A DNA stretch of 41,686 bases from a virus (IMGVR_UViG_3300012942_001284:1-41686); one strand, 5' to 3'. Shown: positions 17,791 to 27,867, numbered from the stretch's first letter. Made by a program: numbers and translations. Notes: generated by a model not told the origin, from the sequence alone.

Positions 17791-19094
17791 TTATGGGGGT
17801 TTGCGACCCAATTGCCATTTATGTACATCCAAATATTGCCAAAACCCTTCATTTCCTTTTTTAGTGTTTTGTCTTTTATCGTCGTGGTAATTTCCTGTTC
17901 TGTAAATGGAAATCCATCTGGTACGATTAAAATGGCATTATCGGCCTGACCGCGGGCGCTATCCAGTGCATGTTTGACAGTATTTTTTGATTTACCCGCC
18001 TTTAGTTCCTTGAGTTCATAATACTCACCATCAATTTGAAAATCGGGATTTTTGCTTTCTTTAGCCCCGGGCAACAGCTTTTGCCTCAATGCAGCATCCG
18101 ATACCACGGGAAGCAGCTTGATTTCTTTCACATCAATATTGCGGCTATTAGCCATTGACCGGGCAGCATTAATATTTTCCTGAAAGTACTTATCCTGCTG
18201 GGCCAAAGGATGAGCGGTAACCTTCGTGCCCGCCTTGCTTTTGTACATTTCCACATACGGGGCGGCCTCTGCCATATCGGCAATGACGTAACTTTTGGCC
18301 ATCCGAATAAGTGCTGGCTGCTCCTTTGATGGCACCGACTTAATATAAGAGCTATTCTCCAGGTCAAATACCTGGCCAGTAGCCCCTGGATTAAAATCAA
18401 ACCCTGCTTCGGGTGTTGGCAGGTTATCCGGTAAGTCGTTAGGCTCTTCGTCCGTTACTTCCCAGCCACATTTGCAGCCCCAGGAATTAATGGGGAGAAT
18501 TGACGACCATATCGGATCGGTCATGGGTCTAATAATGCCATAATATTTCTCGTGCGATACACGAGGGTGCGCAGCCACACTGGGTAGATACTTGATATTC
18601 GGGTACAGTTTTGCGGTAGTAAGCGCCTTTTGCCATTGGGCCGCACTACGGCTCTGCCTGACTGCGGTATCATATTCCGTATCTAAATAACGCCCATTAT
18701 ACTTTTCATTAACAGCCATTGCGGCTTTTCTGAAGTCTGCTTTTGATCTCAAATTGCCGCTTTCATCCTTAAGCAAAGAGGCCATTTCTTTGATCTGGGC
18801 ATGGTTTTTAAATGCAGATAATACCGCCGTATTGGTCTGAAGTTGCTTCAAAAACTCATAATTGGGAGTACCAAACTGCACCTCCATACTTACTTTACCG
18901 ACCCCCTCATTGACCGCAGCTTTCAGCGGTTCATAGGTCGCAGCAAACATCTTTTTGTTAACCGCTTTACTTAGCTTTCTATCATCATACAATTGATTAA
19001 CAGCGGTTTGTACTATGTTATCGACCCCAATCTTTTTGGAAAGCCGGACTCGTTGCGTATTAGAAAAGAAGTATTGCTCATCAAAATTGCACAT
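17787..19094 (-). CDS. MuF (gpF/SPP1 gp7) minor head protein with a C-terminal PD-(D/E)xK, CdiA-CT-like nuclease extension
   Basis: 'YLDTEYDTAV...PRVSHEKYYGIIRPMTDPIW...PINSWGCKC...FDFNPG'. C-terminus 'KNPDFQIDGEYYELKE...ARGQADNAIL'. Confidence 0.85.
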   Translation of the reverse strand: MCNFDEQYFFSNTQRVRLSKKIGVDNIVQTAVNQLYDDRKLSKAVNKKMFAATYEPLKAAVNEGVGKVSMEVQFGTPNYEFLKQLQTNTAVLSAFKNHAQIKEMASLLKDESGNLRSKADFRKAAMAVNEKYNGRYLDTEYDTAVRQSRSAAQWQKALTTAKLYPNIKYLPSVAAHPRVSHEKYYGIIRPMTDPIWSSILPINSWGCKCGWEVTDEEPNDLPDNLPTPEAGFDFNPGATGQVFDLENSSYIKSVPSKEQPALIRMAKSYVIADMAEAAPYVEMYKSKAGTKVTAHPLAQQDKYFQENINAARSMANSRNIDVKEIKLLPVVSDAALRQKLLPGAKESKNPDFQIDGEYYELKELKAGKSKNTVKHALDSARGQADNAILIVPDGFPFTEQEITTTIKDKTLKKEMKGFGNIWMYINGNWVANPHK

Positions 19095-19096
19095 TC

Positions 19097-20299
19097 TTAT
19101 TGATTGTCAGGTTGTTTTGAATCCTTTTTGGACTGCTTGTTTTCAGTGTTCTCCTTTAGATTAGGAGCTTCTATTGCATCTGAGTTGGTCTGCCTGCCGT
19201 TAAGTTTCTTCTCCCTATCATTTATAAGTGCCGGATAATCAAAATAGAAATTATCTGGAATAGCAAAACCTTTATAACGGAGGTAAGGAATGAACTTTTC
19301 ATTGATCTGCGTTTTCACAAATTCAAGTCTCGTAAGGGTTAAGTCCTCAAATTTGCGTTCCTGCACCTCAGCGGAGCCTACAAATGCTTTCTCCTGGCTA
19401 GTTGCTGTCTGGCCATTTATCCCGATTTCGTTCTCCTCATTACACAGTTTAATATTATCCAGGTATATATCGTGAATTTTCTGGCCCTTCCGTTCTATTA
19501 TATTAGCTGTGTCACCTTTTTGAGCAACGATGTAGCCGTCAGTACCGAAGTTGGCGGCCCGTTCTTCAATTCTGTCTAGTTCATCGTCATTGTTTGTGTC
19601 TGCTTCTATGGACAGCATGGGCATACCGAACTTTTCAGAACAGCGAGACCAGTCAGACCTACTATAATACTTCCATATTATATTGTATGCAGCTTTAAGA
19701 AGTAAGCCCAGGCTTTCACGGGTCTCGTAGAATTCTACTAAATCTAGGTCCCACATCATATCACTGTAATCAATGTAGCTGCTATTGATCTCGGCGTCTA
19801 TTAAGATTTGCTGCCATTCTATGCTGATATGTTCGGGTGGGATTAGCTTAACTTCACCAATTCGGAAGGAAGTTGGGTCTATATCACTGTATTCAGGTAC
19901 CGAAAAGCCCCAAAACTCCACCAGAGCAATCGCCTTAATGGTTTGGGTCATCCAATTTTTACGCATGGCCTTACTCATTTCCTCCTGTGGGATGTCATTC
20001 TCATCATAGATCATCCAGGGTTCGCCGGTAATTTTCATTACCGCATCCCGGATCTGGGCGGTAAGTCTGATATCTTTGTCTATATACTTATATATGTCGA
20101 ACAGCCGCCTTCTATTTGGTGCGTCTGGACTTGTGGCTAAAAGTTCAGCCTTTTTGATATCGGCGATTTGGAAAGATATCTCACGGCGGTACTGTTTTTT
20201 TATCGCCGCAGATACCTTTCCCCTGTTTTTTGCACTAGAGGCCGAATAAGCCCCTGTTTTGTTCTTGCCGATAGAATACCCGAAAATTTTAAAAGACAT
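19097..20299 (-). CDS. Portal protein (Mu gp29/DUF935)
   Basis: 'LGLLLKAA...WSRCSEKFGMP...INGQTATS...GSAEVQER'. Confidence 0.88.
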   Translation of the reverse strand: MSFKIFGYSIGKNKTGAYSASSAKNRGKVSAAIKKQYRREISFQIADIKKAELLATSPDAPNRRRLFDIYKYIDKDIRLTAQIRDAVMKITGEPWMIYDENDIPQEEMSKAMRKNWMTQTIKAIALVEFWGFSVPEYSDIDPTSFRIGEVKLIPPEHISIEWQQILIDAEINSSYIDYSDMMWDLDLVEFYETRESLGLLLKAAYNIIWKYYSRSDWSRCSEKFGMPMLSIEADTNNDDELDRIEERAANFGTDGYIVAQKGDTANIIERKGQKIHDIYLDNIKLCNEENEIGINGQTATSQEKAFVGSAEVQERKFEDLTLTRLEFVKTQINEKFIPYLRYKGFAIPDNFYFDYPALINDREKKLNGRQTNSDAIEAPNLKENTENKQSKKDSKQPDNQ

Positions 20300-20340
20300 A
20301 AAAAATGACCGTTTAAAAGCGTTTAAATGAGCGTTTATTA

Positions 20341-20835
20341 TTAAATCCTGTGTGACCTTTTTGGAGCGCTGCCAATTCTCCTTAATCCTGTCCCTGAAGT
20401 AACGGCTGATTCCCCATCGCCGGGTTGGCCGCCATTATTAGATTCTCCATCTGAAACTTTAGGAGGCAAGTCCAGGACTTCTTTGCCTTTGGCAATTGCG
20501 TCCAGGACATTCAAGGCGTCGTTATAGTTTTTAATTACCTTTTCCGGTATTTGTTCATCGTCAGCACGTTGGTATATCTCATATAGGCCAATTGAAATAC
20601 CGAGGGCAATTAGGTAGCCGTTGCGGGCGTCCGCTGTTTTGGCCAGCTCATCAACTACATTATATAATACCCCTGCTTTTGTAGCAATGGTATCCGTGGC
20701 AATCTTATTTGCCGCCTGTAGGATCGCCGTTGGCGTTAGCTCATTGCCGCCAAGGGCAGTACTGATATTCTCTAGCAGGATATCTAACAGGTCAAGCCGG
20801 ATGCGGAGCTGGTAGTCTTGTTTTTCAATATACAT
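20341..20835 (-). CDS. Mu gp36/DUF1320-like head-tail adaptor
   Basis: 'IGLYEIYQR...IPEKVIKNYNDALNVLDAIAKG...LDLP'. Confidence 0.8.
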   Translation of the reverse strand: MYIEKQDYQLRIRLDLLDILLENISTALGGNELTPTAILQAANKIATDTIATKAGVLYNVVDELAKTADARNGYLIALGISIGLYEIYQRADDEQIPEKVIKNYNDALNVLDAIAKGKEVLDLPPKVSDGESNNGGQPGDGESAVTSGTGLRRIGSAPKRSHRI

Positions 20836-20856
20836 ATATAGTAGTATGTAAAAATA

Positions 20857-21357
20857 TTATTCAAAAAAGTTTAATTCCCCATATTGGTATAGCCATGCCT
20901 CGGACTTTCTACGCCTTAATAACCCGGGCTCTACCTTGCCATTATCATATTTCCACCGCTCAAATTGTGCGGTTATTGCGGCAAAGTCATTTGGGTTATT
21001 TTGGATAACCTTCCTTAAGTCCGAAGTTCTGTATGCGACAGTACCACAGTTGTAGGCAAAGCTGACAAGTGCATTAAATTGGTTCTGGTTGATATCGTCC
21101 CTGGTGGAGCCGTCCACCTCGAGCATGGCCTGTTTAAGGTCAAATTGTAATAGACTGTATGCCTTTTCAACGGTAATTACATCGCCCTTCTTTACCTTAT
21201 CAGCACCATAATATCTTGTCGTGCCAATACCAATCGTCCACACGCCCCCTGTATCTTGGTATGACCGGAGCCATTTGCGGTTATTCACATTGCCGGAACA
21301 TTCAAAATGCTCAATCAGTTTCAAACACTTAAAGTCTATTGTTGTTATTTTACTCAT
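20857..21357 (-). CDS. Lysozyme (GH24) endolysin
   Basis: 'FE...YQDTGGVWTIGIGTT', 'NQNQFNALVSFAYNCG', 'GLLRRRKSEA'. Confidence 0.93.
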   Translation of the reverse strand: MSKITTIDFKCLKLIEHFECSGNVNNRKWLRSYQDTGGVWTIGIGTTRYYGADKVKKGDVITVEKAYSLLQFDLKQAMLEVDGSTRDDINQNQFNALVSFAYNCGTVAYRTSDLRKVIQNNPNDFAAITAQFERWKYDNGKVEPGLLRRRKSEAWLYQYGELNFFE

Positions 21358-21371
21358 CGTCTGTTAGTTTG

Positions 21372-22904
21372 TTACATCCCTCTATTTTTGTTTTTACGCA
21401 TTTTTCCGGAACGGGTTTTATTGGAGCTTCTTTTTGTGGACCGGTCACACATCCAAACGGCGCCTTCAAGCGCATCCGGTCCATCGTCATTTATATAACT
21501 ACCCTGTTCAAATCCCAGAATCTGTGAGCGAAGCAGCTTCATGCCGACATCCGCTTTTTTATGAATATTAAAGCGGATAAGTCCTCGCTGGAACAATGGC
21601 TGCAAAGTCATTATTCGTTCATGTTTATCGCCCTTTGCACGCCGGTCATATTGAAGCCTAAGCGCTCGACCCTGTTCTTCTTCCACCATGTCGAGTTCCT
21701 TTTTGTGGACCTCCTCCTGAATAAAGTTTGCCTCCATGCAGTGATCGATAAGGCTATAGTCCTCCTGCTCCTCGTCTACAGCAAAGGCATGCTCCCACAT
21801 ATTCTTACTGGTAGTCTTCTGACCCCAGGCGTCCAGAATGTCATATTTGAGACCCTTTTTGCCTAGTAACACCCAAAATTTATAATCAGACTTTTTGGTT
21901 GACTTATAAGATGGGTCGAGATAATGAATAATCCGGCTGTCATAATCCACCAATGGAAGCGGGTCAACCCAATGATCCAGCCATTCCCTTTTGAAGTCAG
22001 CGCCCTCCTCGAATGGAGTGTTCATTCGTTCTCTGGTAAATCCTCCACCTTCTGTTTTCTCCAGGTCGGCAATGGCTTCGTCTGTAAAGTCCGGGTTCTC
22101 CGGCCAGTTGGTTTTTTCATTCTCGTCTCGGATATCCACCCTGTGAACAATGGTTTCAATTTCTTCATCCTCTTCTAATAGGGCCGTGACTGAGTTGTCG
22201 TGAAACTTGTTTTGGGCAATCACCAGCCACCAGCGACGAGTCCATAGGGCTGGCTTCAATTCATCCAATACCCACCGTTTATCTTCCTGGGCGATGGCAT
22301 CATTTTTTAGTTGCCTGGCTTCATTCAGGTCATCCACGACACCATAGTTGGGTCGCTTCCATTTAAACCGGGTGCCTCGGGGGGATTGTTTCTTACCAAA
22401 AGCATAAAAGCCACAGTCATCTTTAGTTTTAAAAGCCCCGTCTTCCCAGTTGCCATAACTATATTGTTCTCCAAAGTCGTTAATGATGCGAGGGTTAGCC
22501 ATTAAGTTAGCCTGTAGGTCAGCCAGCCTTTCGGACGCCAGCGTTTCATTAAGGCTGCCGATCATCATCCCTGTCAATTGTCCATTAAATTTTATGAAGG
22601 ACGGCAGGAATAGGCCATAATGCGTTGATTTCGCAAAGCCACGAGACCATTGTTCTTCATAAATATTGTTAGGGTTGTTAAATACTTCCACCGGATACTC
22701 CTTTTGGAACCATCCCATTGGCGCATAAGCATATTCATGATAGTAATAATTGCAGAATGCTTCATAATCAGAAAGGAGATATGCAATGCGTTTACGTTTA
22801 TCGCCTGCACTTTCAAACCTATCAATGGGGTTAGCGGACTTGATTATTTCTAATAAGTCCTGGAAGTCGATAAGTAGTTTTTTGTCTGCCGGGCTACTGA
22901 GCAT
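21372..22904 (-). CDS. Terminase large subunit
   Basis: 'WSRGFAKST' Walker A, 'RPNYGVVDD' Walker B, nuclease 'YLDPS' and 'DDGPDALEGA'. Confidence 0.92.
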   Translation of the reverse strand: MLSSPADKKLLIDFQDLLEIIKSANPIDRFESAGDKRKRIAYLLSDYEAFCNYYYHEYAYAPMGWFQKEYPVEVFNNPNNIYEEQWSRGFAKSTHYGLFLPSFIKFNGQLTGMMIGSLNETLASERLADLQANLMANPRIINDFGEQYSYGNWEDGAFKTKDDCGFYAFGKKQSPRGTRFKWKRPNYGVVDDLNEARQLKNDAIAQEDKRWVLDELKPALWTRRWWLVIAQNKFHDNSVTALLEEDEEIETIVHRVDIRDENEKTNWPENPDFTDEAIADLEKTEGGGFTRERMNTPFEEGADFKREWLDHWVDPLPLVDYDSRIIHYLDPSYKSTKKSDYKFWVLLGKKGLKYDILDAWGQKTTSKNMWEHAFAVDEEQEDYSLIDHCMEANFIQEEVHKKELDMVEEEQGRALRLQYDRRAKGDKHERIMTLQPLFQRGLIRFNIHKKADVGMKLLRSQILGFEQGSYINDDGPDALEGAVWMCDRSTKRSSNKTRSGKMRKNKNRGM

Positions 22905-23346
22905 TGCGTAATTCGTTTGCTTTTTCCTTTAAAAATTCAAACATGTCTGGTCCAAAAATCTTTGCATTGTCCATGTGTTCTTTCATTTCCCATTCCAGGA
23001 ACTCTTTTAGGATAGAATGGTAATTGGACAGGTTGTATTTTTTACGAAGGGAGTTGATGGCATTGGTGATTTTAATTACCTGATCCGTTTCAGCGCTGGT
23101 TAAAGCCCGTTTTTCGTCCTTTGCAACCTTATTAATTAGGGATAAGTTCTGATAATACCCCCTGATTAGCTTAGGGACTGTGACCTCATTGGCGGATTTA
23201 TCCAGGTCCCAGTCATTTTCTTTCGCCCATTTGCCTAGTTGCGCAGCCGAAACATCAACGATCTTGCATATCTCCCCTTTTGTAAGGTTGCTATTGCAAT
23301 AAAGTTCATATGCATCATTATACTCCTTTGTCTTTTTCTTTCCCAT
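22894..23346 (-). CDS. Putative terminase small subunit (N-terminal HTH)
   Basis: HTH '..TKGEICKIVDVSAAQLGKWAKENDW', directly upstream of TerL. Confidence 0.75.
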   Translation of the reverse strand: MGKKKTKEYNDAYELYCNSNLTKGEICKIVDVSAAQLGKWAKENDWDLDKSANEVTVPKLIRGYYQNLSLINKVAKDEKRALTSAETDQVIKITNAINSLRKKYNLSNYHSILKEFLEWEMKEHMDNAKIFGPDMFEFLKEKANELRNAQ

Positions 23347-23359
23347 TCGCCTTGATTTA

Positions 23360-23500
23360 AGGCAAAGTTCCATTCTATAAAAGGTGTATTCAATTCGTTG
23401 ATTCATGATGGTCGTGTTTTCTGACCATCATGGTCAAATAAAAGCACCATGACGCTTCTGGGATTTTCTGGCGGCAAAAAACCGCCTCAACTTTGTGTTT
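23360..23500. promoter_or_regulatory. Divergent late control region with nested inverted repeats
   Basis: CATGATGGTC-N9-GACCATCATG (23404-23432) and TGACCA-TCA-TGGTCA (23422-23436). AACTTTG boxes face outward on both strands. Confidence 0.55.
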
Positions 23501-23528
23501 CAAAAGGCAATAATCTAAACACAGATCA

Positions 23529-24494
23529 ATGGCATTTCGCAAAAGGTTTGAAGTAAGTAATGAAAACTTAAATAGCTCCAAATTCTGGGTGAGTACAGAA
23601 GGGTTGAGTATTGTGAATGCTCAAAAGAATTGTCCTGCATATGTGGATCATGATTATTCAAAGCTACCTGTCGGGCATTGGGAGCAGTTTTCTAAAGAAG
23701 GCGGGAGCCTGTTTGCAACGCTTGTAATAGAAGGCGCGAGTGATTTTGAAAAGGAGGTCATTCGCAAAATTGAGAATGGCGATCTCAAAGGAGCATCAAT
23801 TGGCGCCGATCCTGAAGAGTGGAGCGATGATGTGGCCTTAATGAAACCCGGGCAGGAAAGGCCAACGCTGGCAAAATCTGACCTGTTCGAGATATCAGTT
23901 ACAGCTCTTCCGGTAAATCAAACGGCATTAGGCTTAATGAGAGATGGGCAGCCAGTTAGGCTAAGTGCCTCCAACATCAACAATATCATTCCAAATATAA
24001 AATCAAAAACAGATATGAAAGCACTGGCAATCAAACTTGGGCTTCACGAAAATGCAACGGAAGGCGAGATTCTCGCAGCCATCGATAAAATTCAGCTTAG
24101 CAAAACAAATGCTGAAAATGTAGCCAAGGAAGTCTTGGACAAATCCGCTGAAGGGCTTGAGGGAGAACAGAAAGATATTTTTGTAACCCTTAGCAAGACT
24201 GACGCCAAAATGGCTATCGCTTATGCCGAAAAGTTAAAACTTTCCAAAGAAGGCGATGGAGAAGATGCACAGGCAAAGCCCGCTAAACTCCAGAAGGACG
24301 TTAAGGTATCAGACTTGCTGAAGCTGGGAAAGACAACCCAGGCTGCTGCCGAATCGGGAAAAGACAGTTTTGACTACCTGAGTAAACATAATAGCGCAGA
24401 GCTTGCACGCATTAGGGCTGAAGAACCCGATAAGTATTCCAAACTGGCCCGAGACTATAGTAAGGGCGTTCGCTACACGGGAAAAACCGCATAA
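23529..24494 (+). CDS. Prohead protease/scaffold
   Basis: 'VDHD...PVGHW', 'LKGASIG', 'LFEISVTALPVN', then a helical scaffold-like C-terminus. Confidence 0.88.
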   Translation: MAFRKRFEVSNENLNSSKFWVSTEGLSIVNAQKNCPAYVDHDYSKLPVGHWEQFSKEGGSLFATLVIEGASDFEKEVIRKIENGDLKGASIGADPEEWSDDVALMKPGQERPTLAKSDLFEISVTALPVNQTALGLMRDGQPVRLSASNINNIIPNIKSKTDMKALAIKLGLHENATEGEILAAIDKIQLSKTNAENVAKEVLDKSAEGLEGEQKDIFVTLSKTDAKMAIAYAEKLKLSKEGDGEDAQAKPAKLQKDVKVSDLLKLGKTTQAAAESGKDSFDYLSKHNSAELARIRAEEPDKYSKLARDYSKGVRYTGKTA

Positions 24495-24588
24495 CCTTAA
24501 TAACAACAACCAAAGATGCCTTCCCAAACCTTCGGGGACGGGAAGGCTTAATAAAGCAACTAAAAATAACTTTTTATACTATATCAAC

Positions 24589-25596
24589 ATGAAAAAAACA
24601 AATACAAAATTGTTTCTGAACATTATGTTCAACTGCCTTATCGGGTTTATCGTCGCTGGCATTTTCGGCATTAATCCTGTGGTCGGGGCCGCAACGGTAA
24701 ACGCCGCTGGTGTTGTGATGCATCAGGTTAATAAACATGGGGTTTCGTTGTTTGAAGGATTAGCAGCAGAGGTATGGATTCCAATGGTGTTGGAAGACCC
24801 GTATCCGAATGCCAGTTTCCTGCAAGCTGCAACCAATATGAGCTCTTTAGTAGACGCCGATAAAATTAATTTGGCTGAAGCAGGTGTCGATCCAGAGGTA
24901 CTGGTAGACAATACGGTTTATCCCGTTGGAACGGTTGATGCCAGTGACATCCCTAAGGACGTTACGCTTAAGACCTACGATACCGTAAACTCAGTAGTCC
25001 GTAATGCGGTGGCGGTAGAGCTTGCATATGATCAGCGTGCATTATATGTCAATAAGCATAAGAAAGCCCTGGCTAAAAAGATCGGAATGGACGCTGCCTA
25101 TATGTACGCACCGCAGGCCGCCGATGTGGCTAAAAACAATTTTGTAATTAAACTGGGCGCAACGGACAGTATTATTGACGCTCTGATTGATCTGCAAAAT
25201 GCCTATGGTAATGCGGATGCTGACGACGACAGAAATATTGTTCTGTGTCCTAACCACATGGCTAATATCGCCAAGGAGGACAAGAAATTGTATAAGGCCA
25301 TTGCGGCCGAACCGGGGATGAAAATGTACAGTTTTCGTCTTTGGGAATATTCAAAGAACCCGATTTATATCGCTGCCACCGGTGCAAAAGCCGCCTATGG
25401 GGCTGCCTATGACCCGGCCACGCACCTTTATTCCAGCTTCTCGTTTTTGGGCAGTGAGGTGATGGTAGCCGACGGTAGTGCTGAGCTGTTCAGCCGGTTG
25501 AAAGACCCACAAGCACGTGGTGATATTTTTGGATTCCAAAAAAGAGCCTTAGCAACGACGCTCCGTGGCAAATTTGGCGGCGCAATCTTGCAATAA
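24589..25596 (+). CDS. Major capsid protein
   Basis: ~335 aa after the protease. 'EVWIPMVLE...INLAEAGVDPEVLVDNTVYPV'. Hydrophobic N-terminal leader. Confidence 0.8.
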   Translation: MKKTNTKLFLNIMFNCLIGFIVAGIFGINPVVGAATVNAAGVVMHQVNKHGVSLFEGLAAEVWIPMVLEDPYPNASFLQAATNMSSLVDADKINLAEAGVDPEVLVDNTVYPVGTVDASDIPKDVTLKTYDTVNSVVRNAVAVELAYDQRALYVNKHKKALAKKIGMDAAYMYAPQAADVAKNNFVIKLGATDSIIDALIDLQNAYGNADADDDRNIVLCPNHMANIAKEDKKLYKAIAAEPGMKMYSFRLWEYSKNPIYIAATGAKAAYGAAYDPATHLYSSFSFLGSEVMVADGSAELFSRLKDPQARGDIFGFQKRALATTLRGKFGGAILQ

Positions 25597-25733
25597 ACTC
25601 TATGGGGGAACATAGTACATAGCAACCGGGCAAGATGCTTTTCAGCATCTGCCCGCCTCCCCATCAATTTTAAATATAAGGGTACAAACTACCCTTGAAA
25701 CAACCAATAAGTTTAAGTAAAAAACCACTTAAA

Positions 25734-26180
25734 ATGGCTAAAAATACTGACAAAAGCATTGAATCCGGCAGCGAGATGCCTAATGAAGATATTGAAAATC
25801 ATGGTGTTAAAATTGAACCCGTAAAGGATTCAGTAGAAAAACCCAATCCCGAGACGATGGAAGTGACCGTCACCGAGGAGATTTTAAAGCTCAATCCCGA
25901 AATGGCAGCAGAGGGTATTAAGGTCGGGGATAAGTTTGAGGTCAATATAGAAGAGACTCAAGAGGATACCCCCACTGAAGATGAGCTAAAAGAGGCCGGG
26001 TTTAATAAAATCGATGATTCAACGCTGGCTAAACTGGCTAAGTATAGCAAGCTATATCCGCAGTCGAAAAGCTTTCATATCACCAGTGATGGGCAGGTGT
26101 TTTTAGAGAAGTCTCTTAACGATGCAAAGAACCATCAAAAGGGGCTTGAAAATGGAGAATTAAAAACCTATAGAGTTTAG
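25734..26180 (+). CDS. Hypothetical acidic protein
   Basis: ORF between capsid and sheath. Start taken at MAKNT. Confidence 0.7.
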   Translation: MAKNTDKSIESGSEMPNEDIENHGVKIEPVKDSVEKPNPETMEVTVTEEILKLNPEMAAEGIKVGDKFEVNIEETQEDTPTEDELKEAGFNKIDDSTLAKLAKYSKLYPQSKSFHITSDGQVFLEKSLNDAKNHQKGLENGELKTYRV

Positions 26181-26233
26181 GTTAATTCTTCTCCCGGTCA
26201 ATTAATGCATTAAAATTTAAATTTTTAGATAAA

Positions 26234-27409
26234 ATGGGCATATCCATTACACGAGCCAAAGGCCAACTAAATCGCACACAGCCAACTGATGATGCCGTTA
26301 TTTGTATGGTGATCAGCGGAACCGCTGTCGTAGATAAAATTGCGCTCAGTGAACCTAAACAGATATTTACAAGTGAGGCAATTAATGATTTAGGCATTAC
26401 TGAAGCCAATAACCCAGTTGCCTTTAGGGATATCACTGACTATTACAGGAAAGCAGGTGAGGGTGCAGAGTTGAACTTTATGTTGGTCAGCAATGCAACC
26501 ACTTTGGAGGATATGTGCGATCCGGTTGGCACCATCGCCAAAAAGATTTTGGACTTCACAGCAGGCAGGGGTGTCGTTCTTTTGGTAAATAAAGATTTCC
26601 CCGTAGACTATGTCCCCGCTATTGTTACTGGCTTTGATGGCGACGTGCTAGCGGCCGCAACCAAACTAAATGCGCTTGCAGTAGAATACCAAACGGCTAA
26701 TGTTCCCTTTGTCGGGGTACTTCCGGCATTCGGCTTTAGTAAAGATACCATAGCTGCCATGCCTGACCGGTCTACTTTGGAAAGTGACAATGTGGCGCTT
26801 ACTGCTGCCTGTGAAAAATCAGACGCCCATATCAGCATAGGACTCATTGCGGGTTGTATCGCTAATGCCCAGGTCAGTCAGAATATAGGAAGGGTTCTTT
26901 TCGGAGCAGCTTGTGATACCGGTTTTTTCCCAGATAAGACGCCAGCTGCTGACCTGAAAAATAGCTATGCCGCCCTGGACAATAAGGGTATCGTGTACTT
27001 CATCAAGATTGCCGGAAAAAGCGGCGTTTATTTTAATGATGATCCTTGTTTTACTGCAACGACCAGCGATTACAGCTCAATCAGCTGGAACCGTGTCATC
27101 AACAAAGCACACCGCATAGCTTACGACATTCTTGTTGAAAAGTTACGAGACGATGTTGACCTTGATCCAAACACCGGCAAGGTGGAAACTTCACTGTTAA
27201 GTGACTGGGAAAGTGATGTCGAAAACGCCATTCGTTCTAATATGATCGTCGTTTCTGTTGGCAAACAAACGGAAATCAGCGGTATTAAATGCACAATAGA
27301 CCCCAATAGCGATATCAATAATGACCAGTTAAGCGCTTCTATTGATATTGTCCGAAAAGGCCAGGTAAAGACTATCGCAGTCCGTATTGGATATGTACAG
27401 TCTCTGTAA
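26234..27409 (+). CDS. Tail sheath protein (DUF2586-like)
   Basis: 391 aa, 'NIGRV...SGVYFNDD...RVINKAHRIAY'. Precedes the tube gene. Confidence 0.82.
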   Translation: MGISITRAKGQLNRTQPTDDAVICMVISGTAVVDKIALSEPKQIFTSEAINDLGITEANNPVAFRDITDYYRKAGEGAELNFMLVSNATTLEDMCDPVGTIAKKILDFTAGRGVVLLVNKDFPVDYVPAIVTGFDGDVLAAATKLNALAVEYQTANVPFVGVLPAFGFSKDTIAAMPDRSTLESDNVALTAACEKSDAHISIGLIAGCIANAQVSQNIGRVLFGAACDTGFFPDKTPAADLKNSYAALDNKGIVYFIKIAGKSGVYFNDDPCFTATTSDYSSISWNRVINKAHRIAYDILVEKLRDDVDLDPNTGKVETSLLSDWESDVENAIRSNMIVVSVGKQTEISGIKCTIDPNSDINNDQLSASIDIVRKGQVKTIAVRIGYVQSL

Positions 27410-27438
27410 ATAATTTCTACAATTCAAAACTTGAAATA

Positions 27439-27867
27439 ATGAGTGTCAATAGCGCTGAATTCGCATGGTGTGATATTACCGTTACCGCAATGGGTAGGAC
27501 CTTTGAACGTATCGTAAACATTGAATACGACGTCGAAGCAGACAAAAAGTATATCTATGGCCGTGGTAAGAAGGTTAAGGGGATACAAGGAGGCAATGAA
27601 AAGCCAACCGGTAGCCTTACCCTGGGCCAAAGCGAAATAGAGGCCATGATTCGGGAAGCCCAAAAGAAGAACCCGAACGCCAAGATTACTGATATCGTAA
27701 TGGATATTCAGGTTCATTACCTGGACGCTGAAAAGGCGGCCTTGGTAAAGGACCGCATCCTGGGGGCAGAGTTCACTAAAGGCCCCAAAACAATGAAGCA
27801 GGGCGACAGTGACATGGAGATCAAACTGGACTTCATGGCTCGGGACATTCAGTATAATATCGCTTAA
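27439..27867 (+). CDS. Tail tube protein
   Basis: 'EFAWCDITV...IYGRGKK..GIQGGN...MKQGDSDMEIKLDF'. Confidence 0.82.
   Translation: MSVNSAEFAWCDITVTAMGRTFERIVNIEYDVEADKKYIYGRGKKVKGIQGGNEKPTGSLTLGQSEIEAMIREAQKKNPNAKITDIVMDIQVHYLDAEKAALVKDRILGAEFTKGPKTMKQGDSDMEIKLDFMARDIQYNIA

Noticed and set aside
17752-17949. 65-aa ORF as a MuF immunity protein
   Set aside because: Almost entirely antisense to MuF, starts at GTG without a good leader, and is crossed by the terminator-like hairpin.
24403-24588. 62-aa N-terminal extension of the capsid, or a protease-capsid frameshift fusion
   Set aside because: The extension overlaps the protease gene and a hairpin. ATG 24589 has a typical AT-rich leader, and no convincing slippery site was seen.
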